A stretch of DNA of 64,000 nucleotides, taken from positions 1,024,001-1,088,000 of the forward strand of contig OY762897.2 in the NCBI GenBank assembly GCA_963666515.2, in the 5' to 3' direction. This DNA comes from Candidatus Binatia bacterium (GTDB lineage Bacteria > Desulfobacterota > Binatia > UBA9968 > JAJDTQ01). Position numbers and translations under genes: made by a program. Below the pieces are notes generated by a model that saw only the letters and a list, made by a program, of their open reading frames with translations, had not been told where the DNA came from and ran no database searches. The first letter of the stretch is position 1; each line of letters starts with the position of its first letter. Positions 10,315-19,888 of the stretch are shown here, one piece after another.

Positions 10315-10800
10315 TCCCGGGCGGCACCACGAGCCTCAGACTCAAGGGCGAGACCGCGTTCACCTGGGCCGAGATCGACGGGGCCGGGAGCCTGGAAGGC
10401 ATGAACTTGAATGCCAGCCGGCAGCGGCTGATGTTCGAAGGGGTCCACGCCCACACCCTCGCCTCGGGGGCTACTCTCACCCCCTCGGTCGAGATGGGGA
10501 TGCGGTATGACGGCGGGACGGGGACACCGGCCACAGCCTCGAGCTTGGGGGCGGCCTGCGGTATGCCGACCCGGCCACGGGGTTGACCGTCGAAGGCCGG
10601 GCCCGCACCGTGCCCATCCATAGCGGCGCGTACCGGGAATGGGGCGTGAGCGGGCTGGGGAAGGGTCCCGGCGGCTGAGCCTGGGCGGGCAATTCAACCT
10701 CGGCTCGGCGGTGCGGATGAGCCTGGAAGGCGTGCACAGCCGGCCGGTGCGCGGCCTCACAAGCCACGGCGTGATGCTGCGTGGCAGCCTGAACTGGTAG
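10309..10800 (+). pseudogene. Degraded autotransporter beta-barrel remnant
   Basis: Colinear nucleotide similarity to ~8278-8997; preceded by a large deletion, with a second internal deletion and a 1-nt frameshift near 10515. Confidence 0.88.
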
Positions 10801-10827
10801 TCGTGCCGGTGAAACGCCAGCCGGCCG

Positions 10828-11595
10828 CTACTCATCGGCCGGCAGCCCCACCGTGTCCGCTACGCGTTGGGCGTAGTGGTTCCAGGTCCACTCGTAGACC
10901 TTCGATACCGCGGCCTGAAGGCCCTGCTGCACCACGAAAGCGAAGGCGTCGATGTCCTCCTGAGGAAGCGGCTCCGGCGCACGTCCGCCGGTGGCGCGGG
11001 CGGCGTCCAGGGTGATCTTCGCCAGCATCTCCAGGCGGAGCGCCAGCAGGGTCACGGCTTCCACGGTGGGTCCGATGACGGTGAGGCCGTGCCCGCGCAT
11101 GAGGCAGCAGTCCCGGTCGCCCATGACCGCGATGAACTCCGCGGCCAGCTCCGGGGTGTCGATGAGCACCGAGCGCGGATAGAGGGGAATTCCCTGGATG
11201 GCCCTGCTCAGGCTCAACGGATCGTAGGAGCCGTAGATGGGCTTGAGTTCCAGGCCGGCGATGGTGGCGATGAGGCAGTGGTAGGGATGGGCGTGGAGGA
11301 CCACCTGTGCTTCCGCCCGCGCCTTGTAAAGCTCGCCGTGGATCGGCAGTTCCAACGGCACCCGGTATCCGTCCACCTGCTCCACGGTGCGGTCGAAACC
11401 CAGCCTGCGCACGTGGCGCACGTCGCTGTAAAGAAGCCCCTTCTCCTCGTCCCCGAGCAGCCGCATGAACATCTCGTCCGTGCCCGGAATGCGCGCCGAC
11501 AGGTGCCCCAGTATGTCGCCCAGGCATCCCTGGCTGGCCAGGATGCGGGTGCCCAGCGCGATCTTGCGCCGAAGGATCTCGAGCGATTCATCCAT
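10828..11595 (-). CDS. Class II aldolase/adducin family protein
   Basis: GHLSARIPG, PLELPIHGELYKAR, VLHAHP, LMRGHG. Confidence 0.88.
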   Translation of the reverse strand: MDESLEILRRKIALGTRILASQGCLGDILGHLSARIPGTDEMFMRLLGDEEKGLLYSDVRHVRRLGFDRTVEQVDGYRVPLELPIHGELYKARAEAQVVLHAHPYHCLIATIAGLELKPIYGSYDPLSLSRAIQGIPLYPRSVLIDTPELAAEFIAVMGDRDCCLMRGHGLTVIGPTVEAVTLLALRLEMLAKITLDAARATGGRAPEPLPQEDIDAFAFVVQQGLQAAVSKVYEWTWNHYAQRVADTVGLPADE

Positions 11596-11683
11596 GGGTT
11601 ACTCCGATGGCGTGGTCCATCCAGACGTGTAAACCGTGAACCCGGCGGGGTGTCAACCATCATTCGCCCAACCCCGAACCTGA

Positions 11684-11794
11684 CATTCCCGCGGAACAAG
11701 CTGTGTCAAACCCGAGGGCAGGGACGTACCGAACCCGTCATTCCCGCGGAACAAGCTGTGTCAAACCCGCAGGGCAGGGGCGTACCGAATACGT
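11684..11794. repeat. Tandem 55/56-bp direct repeat (2 copies) running into a CGTC REP
   Basis: CATTCCCGCGGAACAAGCTGTGTCAAACCCG...CGTACCGAA at 11684 and 11739. Confidence 0.9.
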
Positions 11795-11886
11795 CATTCC
11801 GGCGAAAGCCGGAATCCAGAGGCGGTGGAGCGGCGGAAGCCTCCCAGCCCCGCCCCTCCTGGATTCCGGCTTTCGCCGGAATGACG
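11792..11886. repeat. Inverted dimer of CGTC-type REP palindrome
   Basis: CGTCATTCCGGCGAAAGCCGGAATCCA (11792-11818) and its exact reverse complement (11860-11886). Confidence 0.92.
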
Positions 11887-11952
11887 GAGGGGGCTATCGG
11901 GAATGACGGTTGGTGCTCCGTGTCACAATTGAAACGAAGGTTGCCTTGATCT

Positions 11953-13527
11953 ATGGTCGGTTCGTTCATGATCGTGTATTCCACCCTGTCGCAACTGTTG
12001 TCCCGTCAGGTCGAAGAGAGGCCCGATGCGCCGTGTCTCGTCCACGAGGATCGGAGGTGGAGCTATGCTGAGTTCGCCGGCGAGGTGGAATGGGTGGCGC
12101 GGGCCTTTGCGGCGTTGCCCCTACGGCCCGGAGACAGGGTCGCGATGCTGTTGCCCAACTGTCCGGAGTTTCTCTGGACGGTGTTCGCCATGGCCCGCAC
12201 CGGCGGGGTGTTCGTTCCTCTGAACACCGCCCAGACGGCCGACGAGCTGCGATACCTTCTGGCGCACTCCGAGGCGCGCTTTCTGCTGACCACGGATGCG
12301 TTCCTGCCGGTGATCGAGAGCATCCGGGGCGGCTGTCCCTGGCTGGAACACGTGATCACACTCGACGCCGGTAGCGGCGGCGACGTGACGGGATGGGATG
12401 CGTTCATTGGAGCGGCCCGTCCTGGAGCGAAACTCGCCGATGCGTCCCCCGAGGACCTCGCCTCGATCATCTACACCTCCGGCACCACCGACCGCCCCAA
12501 AGGTGTCATGCTCAAGCACTATGCTTTCGCTTTTGCTCCGAGCCACCGTGCCCGGGCGCTCGGTTGGACCGAGGACGACCGGGTGATGGTAGTGATGCCG
12601 CTGTTCCACGTGAACGCGCTGTGCCACATGACCATCGCCATGATGTCGGTGGGAGGGGTGGCGGTCCTGAAAGAGCGCTTCAGCGCCTCACGTTTCTGGA
12701 ACGACGTCAGGAAGCACGGCGTTACCACCTCCAGCATCATGCAGACGATTCCGCGCATCCTGCTGAACCTGCCGCCGGACCCCGCGGACGCGGACACGCC
12801 GTTGCGGCAGGTGATGGCGCTGCTGCCGCCGGACGTGCACCTGGAGTTCGAGCGCCGTTTCGGCGTCACCGCGGTGCCGTCCTACAGCCTTACCGAGGAC
12901 CTGCTGAGCGTCCTCGGGCCGCTGGAAACGTCCGTGCGGAAGCTCGGCAGTTGCGGCGTCGCCATCGCCCCGGGCGTGCACCGGCTGCGCATCTGCAACG
13001 AGGAGGGGGAGAGCTGCGCCCCCGGCGAGCTGGGTGAGATCGTCAAGCAAAGCCCTGCGGTCATGATGGGCTACTACAAGAACCCGGAGGCGACGGCCGC
13101 GGCTCTCCGGGACGGCTGGCTCCACACCGGCGACCTCGGCTACCTGGACGAGGACGGCTTCCTCTACTTCGTCGACCGCAAGAAGGACATGATCAAGCGA
13201 AGCGGGGAGAACATCGCCTCCGCCGAGGTGGAACGGGTGCTGAACTCCCATCCGCTCATCGCCGAGTCCGCGGTGGTGGCGGTGGACGATCCCATCCGCC
13301 AGGAGGAGGTCAAGGCGTGCATCGTGCTGGCGGAGGGCGCTTCTTCGGACGGCCTGCCGCCGGCGCAGCTCTGGGAATTCTGCGCGGAGCACTTGGCGCC
13401 GTTCAAGATCCCCCGCTATCTCGACTACCGGCCGGAACTCCCTAAGACGCCCAGCTCCAAGGTGCAGAAGAACCTGCTCCGGGAAGAAGGGCTGGCCGCG
13501 GGCGTGGTGGATCGACAGGCGCCTTGA
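11953..13527 (+). CDS. AMP-dependent acyl-CoA ligase (CaiC-like)
   Basis: IIYTSGTTDRPKG, YSLTE, WLHTGD, VDRKKDMIKRSGENI, LPKTPSSK. Confidence 0.92.
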   Translation: MVGSFMIVYSTLSQLLSRQVEERPDAPCLVHEDRRWSYAEFAGEVEWVARAFAALPLRPGDRVAMLLPNCPEFLWTVFAMARTGGVFVPLNTAQTADELRYLLAHSEARFLLTTDAFLPVIESIRGGCPWLEHVITLDAGSGGDVTGWDAFIGAARPGAKLADASPEDLASIIYTSGTTDRPKGVMLKHYAFAFAPSHRARALGWTEDDRVMVVMPLFHVNALCHMTIAMMSVGGVAVLKERFSASRFWNDVRKHGVTTSSIMQTIPRILLNLPPDPADADTPLRQVMALLPPDVHLEFERRFGVTAVPSYSLTEDLLSVLGPLETSVRKLGSCGVAIAPGVHRLRICNEEGESCAPGELGEIVKQSPAVMMGYYKNPEATAAALRDGWLHTGDLGYLDEDGFLYFVDRKKDMIKRSGENIASAEVERVLNSHPLIAESAVVAVDDPIRQEEVKACIVLAEGASSDGLPPAQLWEFCAEHLAPFKIPRYLDYRPELPKTPSSKVQKNLLREEGLAAGVVDRQAP

Positions 13528-13610
13528 CATCGAAGCGATCAACGGACGATGATGACCCGAACCCGAAGCGGCGATGCCGCAACCATTCCGAACGGAGAAA
13601 GGAAGACGCA

Positions 13611-15434
13611 GTGGCAAAACGCAACAGCACCGCACTGAAGCATCGCCCCGAGAGCCTGGGCACTCCCAAGATGAGGTGGGGCAGCGACGTGGTGGCCGCG
13701 GTGGCCCGCACGCTGGACCTCAAGTACATCGCGCTGGTCCCGGGGGCCAGCTACCGGGGATTTCACGACAGCCTGGTGAACTATCTCGGCAACGAGAACC
13801 CGCAGATGGTCACCTGCCTTCACGAGGAGCACGCGGTCTCCATCGCCGACGGATATGCCAAGGCCACGGACGAGCCCATGGCGGTGGCGCTGCACTCCAA
13901 CGTGGGGCTGATGCACGCCACCATGACCATCTTCAACGCCTGGTGCGACCGCACCCCCATGGTGATCTTCGGCGCCACCGGCCCGGTGGACGCGCACAAG
14001 CGGCGCCCGTGGATCGACTGGATCCACACGGCCGCGGACCAGGGGGCGATCATCCGCAACTACACCAAGTGGGACGACCAGCCGGCGTCGCCGCAGGCCG
14101 CGGTGGAGTCCGTGCTGCGGGCGAACCAGATGGCGCGGACGGCCCCCTGCGGCCCGACGTACGTCTGCCTGGACGTGGGTCTTCAGGAAGAACAGCTCAC
14201 CGAGGAGGTGCTGATCCCGGACGCTTCCCGTTACGCTCCGGCGGACCCCCCGTGCGCGCCGGCGGCCGCGGTCAAGCGGGCGCGCACACTGCTCAAGAGG
14301 GCGAAATTCCCGGTGATCCTCATGGGGCGTGTGTCCCGGAGCAAGGCCGACTGGGAGCGCCGGGTGAAGCTGGCCGAGGCGCTGAACGCGCCGGTGCTGA
14401 CCAGTTCCAACGATCCGTCCTCCTTCCCGACCACGCACGCGTTGCACCTGGCCCCGCCGGGACTGCGGCCTTCCAAGCAGGCGACGGCGCTGGTCCAGAA
14501 GGCCGACGTCATCCTGAGCCTGGACTGGCTGGACTTGGCGGGCTTCCTGCGAGGCTGCCTGGGGTCGTCGCAGACCCAGTCGCCGCCCGACAAGACCATC
14601 ATCCACTGCTCCATGGACACCTACCGCACCAACGGCTGGAGCATGGATCACCAGGCGCTGCCCGCGGTGGACGTGCCGGTGGCGTCAACCCCGGACACCT
14701 TCGTCGAGCAACTGCTGGAGGGCTTCGGCCGCAAGCGCGCCGCGGCCGCGGGCTTGAAGTACATCACCCACTGGACCCGCACGCCCACCGGCAAGGCGCG
14801 GCCCAGGCAAGGCAGCCCCATGACGCTCATGGACATGGCCCTGACCGTGCGCGAGTTCGCTCGCAGCAGGCCCGTCAGCTTCGCGCGCCTGCCCATCGGC
14901 TGGCCCGGCGAAGGGGCAGAGCACAGCGGCCCCTTGTCCTTCATGGGCAACGACGGCGGCGGCGGCGTGGGCAGCGGACCGGGACACGCGGTGGGGACCG
15001 CGCTGGCGCTCAAAGGCAAGGGCCGGTTGGTGGCGGCCGTTCTTGGCGACGGCGATTACCTGATGGGCTGCAACGCGCTGTGGACCGCCACACACATGGA
15101 CCTGCCGCTGCTCGTGATCATCGCCGACAACCGTTCCTACTACAACGACGAGATGCACCAGGAGCGGGTAGCGCAGATCCGCAAGCGCCCGGTGCAGAAC
15201 CGCTGGATCGGCCAGCGGCTGGACGATCCCCCGGTGGACCTCATCGCCATGGGCCGCGCCCAGGGCTTCGACGGCGAGGATCCGGTGTCCACGTCTGAGG
15301 ACTTGGCCGCCGCGCTGGAACGCGGGGCCAAGGTGGTGGCTCGGGGCGGCCGCTACGTCATCGACGCGCTGGTGGAGCCGGGCTACGCCGAAACCGGCGT
15401 GGACCAGCGGGTGGGGATGACCAAGAAGAAGTGA
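13611..15434 (+). CDS. Thiamine pyrophosphate-binding enzyme
   Basis: LHEEHAVSIADGY and GDGDY...DNRSY; start is GTG 13611 or ATG 13671. Confidence 0.88.
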   Translation: MAKRNSTALKHRPESLGTPKMRWGSDVVAAVARTLDLKYIALVPGASYRGFHDSLVNYLGNENPQMVTCLHEEHAVSIADGYAKATDEPMAVALHSNVGLMHATMTIFNAWCDRTPMVIFGATGPVDAHKRRPWIDWIHTAADQGAIIRNYTKWDDQPASPQAAVESVLRANQMARTAPCGPTYVCLDVGLQEEQLTEEVLIPDASRYAPADPPCAPAAAVKRARTLLKRAKFPVILMGRVSRSKADWERRVKLAEALNAPVLTSSNDPSSFPTTHALHLAPPGLRPSKQATALVQKADVILSLDWLDLAGFLRGCLGSSQTQSPPDKTIIHCSMDTYRTNGWSMDHQALPAVDVPVASTPDTFVEQLLEGFGRKRAAAAGLKYITHWTRTPTGKARPRQGSPMTLMDMALTVREFARSRPVSFARLPIGWPGEGAEHSGPLSFMGNDGGGGVGSGPGHAVGTALALKGKGRLVAAVLGDGDYLMGCNALWTATHMDLPLLVIIADNRSYYNDEMHQERVAQIRKRPVQNRWIGQRLDDPPVDLIAMGRAQGFDGEDPVSTSEDLAAALERGAKVVARGGRYVIDALVEPGYAETGVDQRVGMTKKK

Positions 15435-15463
15435 TGCGGGAATGACGGAGGAGAGGCGGCAGT

Positions 15464-16048
15464 CTACACGTCGAAGAAAACCGTCTCCTGCGGTCCCTGG
15501 AGGTGAATGTCGAACTCGTAGACAGGCGGTGTGCCGTCGCCTTCCTGCTTGACGGCCAGGAGCGTTTCGCGCCGATCGGCGTCGTCAATGGATAGCAGCA
15601 CTGGGTCCTTGTCGTTGGCGGCTTCCTCGTCCGAGAAGTAGATCCGCGTCACCAGGTGTTTCAGCAGCCCCCGGGCGAATACGCACAAGGCGATGTGCGG
15701 CGCCTGCACCGTGTCGCTAGGTCCGGGGACGCAGCCCGGCTTGACGGTGACGATGGTGAACCGGCCCTCGCCGTCGGCGATGGCGCGGCCGAAGCCGTCG
15801 AATCCCGCCACAAGGGGCACTTCGCGCGTGTCCTCGGTATGGGCGTAGCGGCCGTGGACGTTGGCCTGCCAGACCTCCACGACGGAGTCGTCCACCGGTT
15901 GTCCCGCGCCGTCGAGGATCCGTCCCTCGATGCGTATGGCGTTGGGATCGTCCGGTGCCACCAACTCGGCGCCGCCTTCCCACGGCACCATGATGCGGTG
16001 GAAAGGGCCGACTGTCTGTGAAGGAGTGGTTCCGCGCCGCGCCGACAT
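15464..16048 (-). CDS. pcaG: Protocatechuate 3,4-dioxygenase alpha subunit
   Basis: TPSQTVGPF, EVWQAN, QAPHI, FARGLL, ETVFFDV. Confidence 0.95.
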   Translation of the reverse strand: MSARRGTTPSQTVGPFHRIMVPWEGGAELVAPDDPNAIRIEGRILDGAGQPVDDSVVEVWQANVHGRYAHTEDTREVPLVAGFDGFGRAIADGEGRFTIVTVKPGCVPGPSDTVQAPHIALCVFARGLLKHLVTRIYFSDEEAANDKDPVLLSIDDADRRETLLAVKQEGDGTPPVYEFDIHLQGPQETVFFDV

Positions 16049-16051
16049 TTC

Positions 16052-16762
16052 TCAACCCTCCATGGGCGTGGCGTCCCGTCCCCGCAGCACGATGTCGAAC
16101 TCATAGGCCAGCGCCCACTCGGGTTCCGTGTGTTCCAGGTCCAGGCTGCACACCAGCCGTTCCCTCGCTCCCGCGTCGGGAATGGATTGGAAGATCGGGT
16201 CGCAGGCAAGCAGTGGATCGCCGGGGAAGTACATCTGCGTGATCAGCCGGGTGGCGAAGGCCGTGCCGAAGAGCGAGAAGTGGATGTGCGCCGGCCGCCA
16301 GGCGTTGGGGTCGTTGCCCCAAGGATAGGCGGCGGGCTTGATGGTCACGAAACGGTAGCGGCCGTCCGCGTCGGTGGTGCAGCGTCCGCCGCCGCTGAAG
16401 TTGGGGTCCAGCGGGGCAGGGTGGTTGTCGGCGTCGTGGCGGTAGCGCCCCGCGGAGTTGGCCTGCCAGATCTCCATGAGCGCGTCCGGTACCGGCCTGC
16501 CGTTCGAGTCCATCACCCGTCCGAGCACGATGATCCTTTCGCCCAGCGGTTCCCCGTCATGCTGGCGAGTGAGGTCGTGGTCCAGCGGCCCCACCTTCTC
16601 GTGCCCGTACACCGGCCCGGTGATCTCCGACAGCGTGTGGGGCAACGGCACCAGCGGCCGCTTGGGCGCCCGCAGCACCGTGGAGCGGTACTCTGGATGG
16701 AGATAGGGCGGTTGCTCGCCCGCTTCGTCGCGTTTGTATCCGATTGGCTGGTCCATGGTCAC
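16052..16762 (-). CDS. pcaH: Protocatechuate 3,4-dioxygenase beta subunit
   Basis: LSEITGP, EIWQANSAGRYRH, YPWGN, WRPAHIHFS, ITQMYF. Confidence 0.95.
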   Translation of the reverse strand: MTMDQPIGYKRDEAGEQPPYLHPEYRSTVLRAPKRPLVPLPHTLSEITGPVYGHEKVGPLDHDLTRQHDGEPLGERIIVLGRVMDSNGRPVPDALMEIWQANSAGRYRHDADNHPAPLDPNFSGGGRCTTDADGRYRFVTIKPAAYPWGNDPNAWRPAHIHFSLFGTAFATRLITQMYFPGDPLLACDPIFQSIPDAGARERLVCSLDLEHTEPEWALAYEFDIVLRGRDATPMEG

Positions 16763-16780
16763 CTCTCCTCCTCCAAGGGA

Positions 16781-17905
16781 TTACGCCGTATGCCGGGCCT
16801 TGTAAAGCAGCGCCACAAATGCCCCCGCAAGCGTGAAGACGCCGACCCAGACGAAGCCCATGTCGAAGGCGCCCAGGTCGCCGCACAGGCCCAGGAACCA
16901 GGGGGTGGCGCCGCCGCCGATGACGAACGCCATGGGCACCACCAGGGACACGGCGGTGCCGCGGGTCTGCATGTCGCCCAGGGTGGACAGGGCGGTAAAG
17001 CCGGCGGGGAAGAAGCCCACCGCCACCATCGGCTGGATGACCACCGCCAACGTCAGCCAGGAATCCGGGACCAGCCCCACGAGGGCCACGGTGACACCGC
17101 TCAGGGCCAGTGTTGTCGACAGGGTGCGGCGGACTCCGAAGCGGTCCGCCGCCCATCCCGCCACCAGGGCCAGGACCGGACAGGCGCCCCGGGAAAGACC
17201 AACCAGCGCGTTGGCCCAGCCTTCCCCCAGGCCGCGTTCCGATACCAGGTAGAGGGGGAGCATGGTGAACACGCCCAGGGTGATGGCGACTCCCAGGATG
17301 AAGAGCGCGAGGATGATCCACAGCATGGGGTCCTTCAGAAACCGCCAGACCACGGCAGGGACGGGAGGTTCGCCCGCGAACCGGCCGCCGCGGCCGAACG
17401 CGGCGTAGAGCCCGGTCGCAAGGAAGTTGACGAGGCCGAAGTAGAACAGGATGGCCCGCCAGGAGAGACTTCTGAGCAGCAGCTCCCCGAGCAACGGCAC
17501 GACGACGAAGCTTGTGTTGGGCGCCAGTTCGTGGATGGAGATGGCCTTGCCCCAGTGCGGCCGGGTGACCAGCGAGGTGATGGTGGCGATGGCCGACGGA
17601 AGGTACAGGCCGGCCCCCAGGCCCATGGCGAAGAGCCCGAGCCGGATGCCCGTCAACGTGGAGGCTTGCGCCACCCACAGTGTCGAGAGTCCCAGGAGGG
17701 CGAAGGACAGGACGATGGTCCGGTGGTGCATCAAGCGGGCCGACACGTAACCGGCCCCGGACATGGCGGTCAGGTACCCCGCGGAGATGAACAGGAAGAA
17801 CATGCCGGCCTGAGCATGGGTGATGCCCAGGTCCGTCTCCACGGAGGGCAGCAGCGGCGCCAGGATGACGCGGCCGGTGAAGTTCAGAAAGAAGATCACC
17901 GCCAT
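16781..17905 (-). CDS. MFS transporter
   Basis: About 12 hydrophobic segments, GWAADRFGVRR motif A; start uncertain (ATG 17905 or slightly upstream). Confidence 0.85.
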   Translation of the reverse strand: MAVIFFLNFTGRVILAPLLPSVETDLGITHAQAGMFFLFISAGYLTAMSGAGYVSARLMHHRTIVLSFALLGLSTLWVAQASTLTGIRLGLFAMGLGAGLYLPSAIATITSLVTRPHWGKAISIHELAPNTSFVVVPLLGELLLRSLSWRAILFYFGLVNFLATGLYAAFGRGGRFAGEPPVPAVVWRFLKDPMLWIILALFILGVAITLGVFTMLPLYLVSERGLGEGWANALVGLSRGACPVLALVAGWAADRFGVRRTLSTTLALSGVTVALVGLVPDSWLTLAVVIQPMVAVGFFPAGFTALSTLGDMQTRGTAVSLVVPMAFVIGGGATPWFLGLCGDLGAFDMGFVWVGVFTLAGAFVALLYKARHTA

Positions 17906-17964
17906 CAGCAGCACCGCGGCGGCCTGCTGCCGGAAGGCGTCTTCGGTGAGGGCGTGGGAGAGGC

Positions 17965-18633
17965 CTATTGCCTGCCTCCGTCCTTGAGCATGGATTCGTA
18001 GCTCAGGCCCATGACCTCGCTGACGGCGCGGCCCTTGCGGATCTCCGCGGCCATGAGGCTTTCCCGGTGGGCGATCTGCTCGGCCGCTTCCAGCACTTCC
18101 GTTTCCTTCTGGCGCGGAACGAACACCACGCCGCTGCCGTCGGCGATGACGACGTCTCCGGGGTGCACCTGGACGCCGGCGAACTGGACCTCCTCGTTGC
18201 AGGACTGCTCCAGGATACGGCCCCGCGCGGTCATGGGCGCGGCGCTCCTGGCGTAGACGGGGAACCCCAGCTCGCGGCTCTCGTCCACGTCGCGGCAGGC
18301 GCCGTCCACGATGACGCCGGCGACGCCCTTCAGCTTGGCCGCCAGCGACAGCAGCCCGCCCCACGCGGAGATCGGTCGTCCGGCGTTGTCGATGACGATG
18401 ATGTCGCCTCCCTCGGCGGCTTCAATGGCGCGGGTGCCCAGGTGCTGCTTCGACTGGTCCAGCCCCGCGGGCTTGAGCTTCATGGTCACGGCGCGGCCGC
18501 AGATCCTCGGGCACGGCCAGAGCGGGCCGACGCCGGTGGTGGCGCCGCGCAGGCCGAGACGATCCAGGGCGTCGGATACGGCGCAGGTATCGAGGCGGGA
18601 AAGGCGTTCGATGATATCTCTTTCACCGGACAT
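17965..18633 (-). CDS. RraA family / 4-hydroxy-4-methyl-2-oxoglutarate aldolase-like
   Basis: VSDALD, GRAVT, WGGLL, DGACRD, PGDVVIADGSGVV. Confidence 0.88.
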   Translation of the reverse strand: MSGERDIIERLSRLDTCAVSDALDRLGLRGATTGVGPLWPCPRICGRAVTMKLKPAGLDQSKQHLGTRAIEAAEGGDIIVIDNAGRPISAWGGLLSLAAKLKGVAGVIVDGACRDVDESRELGFPVYARSAAPMTARGRILEQSCNEEVQFAGVQVHPGDVVIADGSGVVFVPRQKETEVLEAAEQIAHRESLMAAEIRKGRAVSEVMGLSYESMLKDGGRQ

Positions 18634-18664
18634 GGTTTGTCGTGTTGTTTGGAGCCGGAGGTGG

Positions 18665-19606
18665 TCAGGTCCAGTAGGCGAAGCCCATCCCGCAGCCCGT
18701 GCCCGCCGGGGAGCGGTATCCGGGCACGTAGTCCACCAGCGTCATTTCCATGGGCTCCACGGCGCCGCCCAGCGCCACCCAGTTGAGAATCTCGGAGGTG
18801 CCGCTCCGTAGCTTCTCCCGCGGAAGCGAACGGAGTCCGTTCACGTCCTTCTCGGCAAGGGCCTTCAACGTGGCCCGGTCGATTTCCTCGTCGACCACGA
18901 AGTGGCTCAGGCCGCCGGAGGCCATGACCGCCACCCGGGCCTCGGAGTCCCAGGATTCGATGGCGTCGCGGATGCACCGTCCCAGCGCGTAACAGCGCCC
19001 GGGCGTGGGCTGGTTCGGCGGGTAGTAGGTGTTGACCATCACCGGCACCATCGGCAACGTGCAGCCGGGCAGTATCCGCCGGTAGAGGAAGCTGAACGCG
19101 TGTCCGATGCCCTCGCGCAGCCGGTTGGTCCGGGCGATGTCGAACTCGTGGTCCGAGAGCCACGCGATGAGATGCTCGGCCAGCTCCGTATGGTTGGCAT
19201 ACACCAGGGCGGTCTCGGCCCAGCCCCGCTGCTCCGCCTGTTTCCATTCCGGCATGTCCCCCGTGCGCGGGGGCACCGGCAGCTCCGCCCCGTGATAGAC
19301 GGCGAAAGTGGGCATGTTGTCGTCCAGGAACTGCTCGTGTTGGTCGTCTCCCAAGGTGACGACCACGTCCGCTTCGGCCGCCGTCAGCTTCTCGCCAAGA
19401 ACCCTCAGCGCGCTCTGACACGCCTCGTACCGCTCCCGGAATCTCTCGGGCGTGGTCTCCCGGCGGATGTTCGCTCTTGCCGCGGCCACCAGCCCCGGAT
19501 AGTCCAGCCGGGGGTCCGTCTCGTCCTTGACCTGCAGCAGGCGCCAGTCGGCGATGCTCAACTGTGGGGTGTGGGAAGTCGCCAGCGCCAGAACGATTTC
19601 TGCCAT
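18665..19606 (-). CDS. LigB-superfamily extradiol dioxygenase, DesZ-like (3-O-methylgallate 3,4-dioxygenase type)
   Basis: MAEIVLALATSHTPQL, GDDQHE, GHAF, YYPPNQPT, SGGLSHFVVDE, SGTSEILNW, GCGMGFAYW. Confidence 0.8.
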   Translation of the reverse strand: MAEIVLALATSHTPQLSIADWRLLQVKDETDPRLDYPGLVAAARANIRRETTPERFRERYEACQSALRVLGEKLTAAEADVVVTLGDDQHEQFLDDNMPTFAVYHGAELPVPPRTGDMPEWKQAEQRGWAETALVYANHTELAEHLIAWLSDHEFDIARTNRLREGIGHAFSFLYRRILPGCTLPMVPVMVNTYYPPNQPTPGRCYALGRCIRDAIESWDSEARVAVMASGGLSHFVVDEEIDRATLKALAEKDVNGLRSLPREKLRSGTSEILNWVALGGAVEPMEMTLVDYVPGYRSPAGTGCGMGFAYWT

Positions 19607-19769
19607 GGTGGGTCTTTCAGGCGTGGCCCGGTATCGTGTCCCATGAGCGCACTCCCGTCTACGAGAGCGCTTATTGGAAAAGGAAGGGGCTGTCAAGTTG
19701 AGAGGTTAGCGCCGCTCGCGCACGGCACACACGGTCCATCGAACACCACAACCATCGAGCCAACCCCTG

Positions 19770-19797
19770 TTGACTTGCTCCCCGAGCTGTGTATGAT
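19770..19797 (+). promoter_or_regulatory. Putative sigma70 promoter for the surface-protein island
   Basis: TTGACT-16 bp-TATGAT. Confidence 0.5.
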
Positions 19798-19877
19798 CGG
19801 CGCTTCAGATGATGCTTTCAATTGCGACCAAGGTTCTACTCAGTTCCGTAATCGACAGAAGCGAGGACGCTTCAGTG

Positions 19878-19888
19878 CCCCCCCCCCC
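19878..19888. repeat. C11 homopolymer tract
   Basis: 11 consecutive C between the putative promoter and ORF 20139. Confidence 0.9.

Noticed and set aside
6427-10800. Diversity-generating retroelement TR/VR pair
   Set aside because: Differences between the paralogous segments are not adenine-specific and no reverse transcriptase is present
11684-11886. Possible mini CRISPR array
   Set aside because: The segments between repeats are also repeated rather than unique spacers; no cas genes; matches CGTC REP structure
11703-11984. Short ORFs containing VIPAKAGIQ (also near 28696)
   Set aside because: Translations of the REP palindrome, not genes
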